Positions 56,393 to 58,786 of a stretch of 58,786 bases of DNA are shown in pieces (position 1 is the first letter of the stretch; every line of letters starts with the position of its first letter). Source of the DNA: a virus. Lineage: Duplodnaviria; Caudoviricetes. Location of the stretch: IMG/VR virus record IMGVR_UViG_3300033067_002133, positions 1-58,786 of that record. One strand, 5' to 3'. The translations under genes were made by a program, and so were the position numbers. The notes under the pieces are model-generated. The model did no database searches. It saw nothing but the letters and a program-made list of their open reading frames with translations, and was not told where the DNA came from.

Positions 56393-56848
56393 TCAAAACA
56401 TGATCGTTTCGTCTTGAAATTTAGGGCCGAGCCCAAGCGATCTCAAGTTTTGGTCAATTAATTTTTCATAGTCTTCCACCTTTGATGCGAGGTAAAATCG
56501 GCTAAGCGACTTGTTTTTATGGCGTTGAGATTCTAGCCATGATATACGCTTTTCACCGATCTTGTCAATCAAAAACGATCGATACATTTTTAAGTTTCCG
56601 TGTCTGGCAATGTTGCAATCAGGGCATTGTGGCCAAACATTATCCGGCTCAAGCAGGATTGACATTGACCGGCCAGCAACAAAATGGCCACCGTGAAATC
56701 TATCGAACGGTCCTTTTGCGACACACGAACAACACGAGCAGTCGCCGTTCACATCCGCCTCCTCAATCCTCCTGAGAAGCTGAAACCTGGATGCTGCGAT
56801 GTTTGCGAGTCCTTTAAGATTCAAGTCAAACCTGAGATCCACTGTCAT
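56393..56848 (-). CDS. ninG: NinG/Rap-like endonuclease
   Basis: CCSC..HGGHF..R....N..PQC..CN...GN...Y...LI.KIG. Confidence 0.85.
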   Translation of the reverse strand: MTVDLRFDLNLKGLANIAASRFQLLRRIEEADVNGDCSCCSCVAKGPFDRFHGGHFVAGRSMSILLEPDNVWPQCPDCNIARHGNLKMYRSFLIDKIGEKRISWLESQRHKNKSLSRFYLASKVEDYEKLIDQNLRSLGLGPKFQDETIMF

Positions 56849-57152
56849 CGATCGTCTCCCCTGGGTAGTATCGCTTCACCAGTCTTACCGGTTTAGGGTT
56901 TCCCTCTGCATCAAGAGTCGCCTTCAATATCAACTCGAATTTTTTCTGTTCGGCAGTAAGAAGTGTCTTGCCGTTGTTTCGGTACTGCCTGAGAAGCCCG
57001 TCGACTTTCCATTGCCGTCTCAGGATCATCAAAATGTATTTGTTGATTGTCAGCTTGTGTTTTTTTGCTTTTGCTTTAATGAGCATTTCGATCTCGATCG
57101 GGAATCGAATCACAAAATGCCAGTAAGGTATTTTCTTTCTTCGCCTTGCCAC
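56826..57152 (-). CDS. basic protein, possible ribbon-helix-helix
   Basis: FVIRFP......IK.KA.....TINKYI. Confidence 0.5.
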   Translation of the reverse strand: MARRRKKIPYWHFVIRFPIEIEMLIKAKAKKHKLTINKYILMILRRQWKVDGLLRQYRNNGKTLLTAEQKKFELILKATLDAEGNPKPVRLVKRYYPGETIDDSGSQV

Positions 57153-57446
57153 CTACTCGCCCTTCATTAAAACATCTTCAATCAGCGATGCCAGGCTCAT
57201 TAATTTATCATCGGTAACATCGATGTTTAAGTGCTGCAAACATTTTGTTGCGATCGACATATAAATACACGATTCGTTTTTGGTAAGCACTCGAAGCGAT
57301 CGCGCTGTATCTGAAAGATTTCGTATTACAGCAGGCGATATGATGTCGAGCCCTATTCGTGTTCCAGCATGCTTCGCAATCAAACATCCAACGATCATCT
57401 GGTCGATATTTATCGACTGCTTTTTTGCTTGTTCAATATCGTTCAT
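57153..57446 (-). CDS. hypothetical protein
   Basis: ATGA coupling. Confidence 0.55.
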   Translation of the reverse strand: MNDIEQAKKQSINIDQMIVGCLIAKHAGTRIGLDIISPAVIRNLSDTARSLRVLTKNESCIYMSIATKCLQHLNIDVTDDKLMSLASLIEDVLMKGE

Positions 57447-58096
57447 TGTTCCACTCTCTTAAACTCGTAAACAAACACCCACGGATTAGCGGCCCAAGTG
57501 TGTTGTTTGGTCTTGTGGTGTATTTCGTCCCACGTGTAGGCAAACGTCGAAACGAACGAACCGCAATCGCCTGGAAGAATAATTGATTCACGAACACCTT
57601 CCGCCTTTGCGTCATCTTCTGATATATCCTGCACCCGTTCACACCGGACGCCGGTTATCTCGATGAACGTGCGAGCGGCCCAGCGTGGCATAAACATGGG
57701 GGATCGCTTAACAAAATCAAAGGTGTAGTAATTGTCTGGCCAACCATCATCGGCAGGGGGGTTGTTTGTTAATCGACGGCCAATCAAAGCTGACGGATGC
57801 GTGCTGATATTTCCGTCTCTGTATGCGGTGATTCCATCAGACTCTCGGAAGTAGATTTCCTCTTTGACGTACAGAACGTCGCCAACGGTGTAACGACTGT
57901 TGATTGGTTCTAGGATTCTGTTGCGACATTGACGATCAACATAGTTGTCCATAGCAACCCAGTGTTCGGCAAAAAAGTCGTAAAGGATTTCTCCTGTGTT
58001 GCTTGGCGGCTGCGGCTTAACAATCCGCCGCGTCTGCGTCTTGCTCCCGTCCCGAACTTTTGCCGGATTGTCGCCGGTGAAGATGATGCTTTTCAT
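57443..58096 (-). CDS. ASCH/PUA-like conserved phage protein (start moved to ATG 58096)
   Basis: GSKTQTRR..KPQP; MPRWAAR; ERVQDIS..DA.AEG; NPWVFV.EF. Confidence 0.8.
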   Translation of the reverse strand: MKSIIFTGDNPAKVRDGSKTQTRRIVKPQPPSNTGEILYDFFAEHWVAMDNYVDRQCRNRILEPINSRYTVGDVLYVKEEIYFRESDGITAYRDGNISTHPSALIGRRLTNNPPADDGWPDNYYTFDFVKRSPMFMPRWAARTFIEITGVRCERVQDISEDDAKAEGVRESIILPGDCGSFVSTFAYTWDEIHHKTKQHTWAANPWVFVYEFKRVEQ

Positions 58097-58314
58097 TGGG
58101 ACGCCTTGTTGCATTTCTGATCGTGCAACTCGATATAGAACCCAGGATTGTTTGTGTATGGGTGCAATCGTTCGCCGCACTCGTTACAGGTAACTTCGAA
58201 TGTAGCACGCGATGAATGAGTAGACGTTCCCACTGACTCAATTGTGTACTTGCGTTTTTGTTCGTCCGTTAATTGCTTTTCAGACCATGACGGCAGTTCC
58301 CAAATCGATGTCAT
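58093..58314 (-). CDS. small Zn-binding protein
   Basis: CNEC..H...C; ATGA coupling on both sides. Confidence 0.6.
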   Translation of the reverse strand: MTSIWELPSWSEKQLTDEQKRKYTIESVGTSTHSSRATFEVTCNECGERLHPYTNNPGFYIELHDQKCNKASQ

Positions 58315-58786
58315 CCTCCCACCCCCGCCGCTTTTCGCAAATCTTCCATCGCTTCTTCGTTAGACGCAAAGAAATTAGGACATGGAACCCCAGGCCGCGA
58401 TGATTCGTAAATCAATCGGCCCGCTAGATATGACGATGTTTGTCTTTCCAGTGCGTAGCCATCTTCGCCAGCCAAGTGAATCGCCCACCCAGCGCGGCAA
58501 TGCGTTGTTTCGCACGAATGCCAATCTGACATTTTTAGCGTTCCTCCCGCTTCGATTGCAGCAAGAATTTTTGCGTCGATGTTTTCGACGACTGGTGCAG
58601 TTGGAAGTCCTGTGGCACCACTGAGATCGGCACAACTGAGAACGGCATCACAGAGATCGGCATCACAGAGATTGGCACCACTGAGATTGGCACCACTGAG
58701 ATAGGCACCACTGAGATTGGCACCACGGAGATAGGCACCACTGAGATTGGCACCACGGAGATCGGCACCACTGAGATTGGCACCAC
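58311..58786 (-). CDS. pentapeptide-repeat protein, 5'-truncated by the window edge
   Basis: A[NDYV]L[SRC][GDC] x11 in frame with ...[16 protein letters not shown]. Confidence 0.85.
   Translation of the reverse strand, partial: GANLSGADLRGANLSGAYLRGANLSGAYLSGANLSGANLCDADLCDAVLSCADLSGATGLPTAPVVENIDAKILAAIEAGGTLKMSDWHSCETTHCRAGWAIHLAGEDGYALERQTSSYLAGRLIYESSRPGVPCPNFFASNEEAMEDLRKAAGVGG
58613..58786. repeat. 15-bp tandem repeat encoding the pentapeptide repeats
   Basis: unit GGCACCACTGAGATT with variants, about 11 copies. Confidence 0.9.

Noticed and set aside
58535-58786. ORF-track protein (VVPIS)n and possible CRISPR array
   Set aside because: Wrong frame of the pentapeptide repeat; units are contiguous with no spacers and no cas genes are present.

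Overview
The window is a large part (cut at the right edge) of a tailed dsDNA phage genome (Caudoviricetes). A Planctomycetota host is a weak inference from secreted proteins with CPGGxCP/RRLFRR-type tails and a CsrA homologue. Almost all genes are on the - strand. From right to left: pentapeptide-repeat, ASCH-like and NinG genes; a Mu-like head module (protease/scaffold, cement, major capsid, gp36-like adaptor); a non-contractile tail module with a -1 frameshifting chaperone and a very short tape-measure candidate; an inverted + strand replication block (SF2 helicase); Cro-like HTH, CsrA, Rad50-like ATPase, YqaJ, RecT, RusA, GNAT; a membrane/secreted cluster with a trypsin-like protease but no recognisable endolysin; tail fibres/spikes; TerS, TerL, KTSC protein; a 1530-aa DUF935 portal with a ~1000-aa extension; a ~994-aa protein with an embedded sigma-70 domain; and a 9.3-kb cluster of small genes preceded by eight near-identical promoter-like motifs (GTTGACA-N14-CCAATATA). 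Best candidate new system (inference): portal-linked and sigma-containing polyproteins share [RK]Y motifs with the prohead scaffold, may be processed and packaged in the virion, and may deliver a sigma factor that fires the promoter battery. All product calls come from motif recognition by eye; no searches were run. Several starts were moved from the ORF track to fit RBS or promoter positions.
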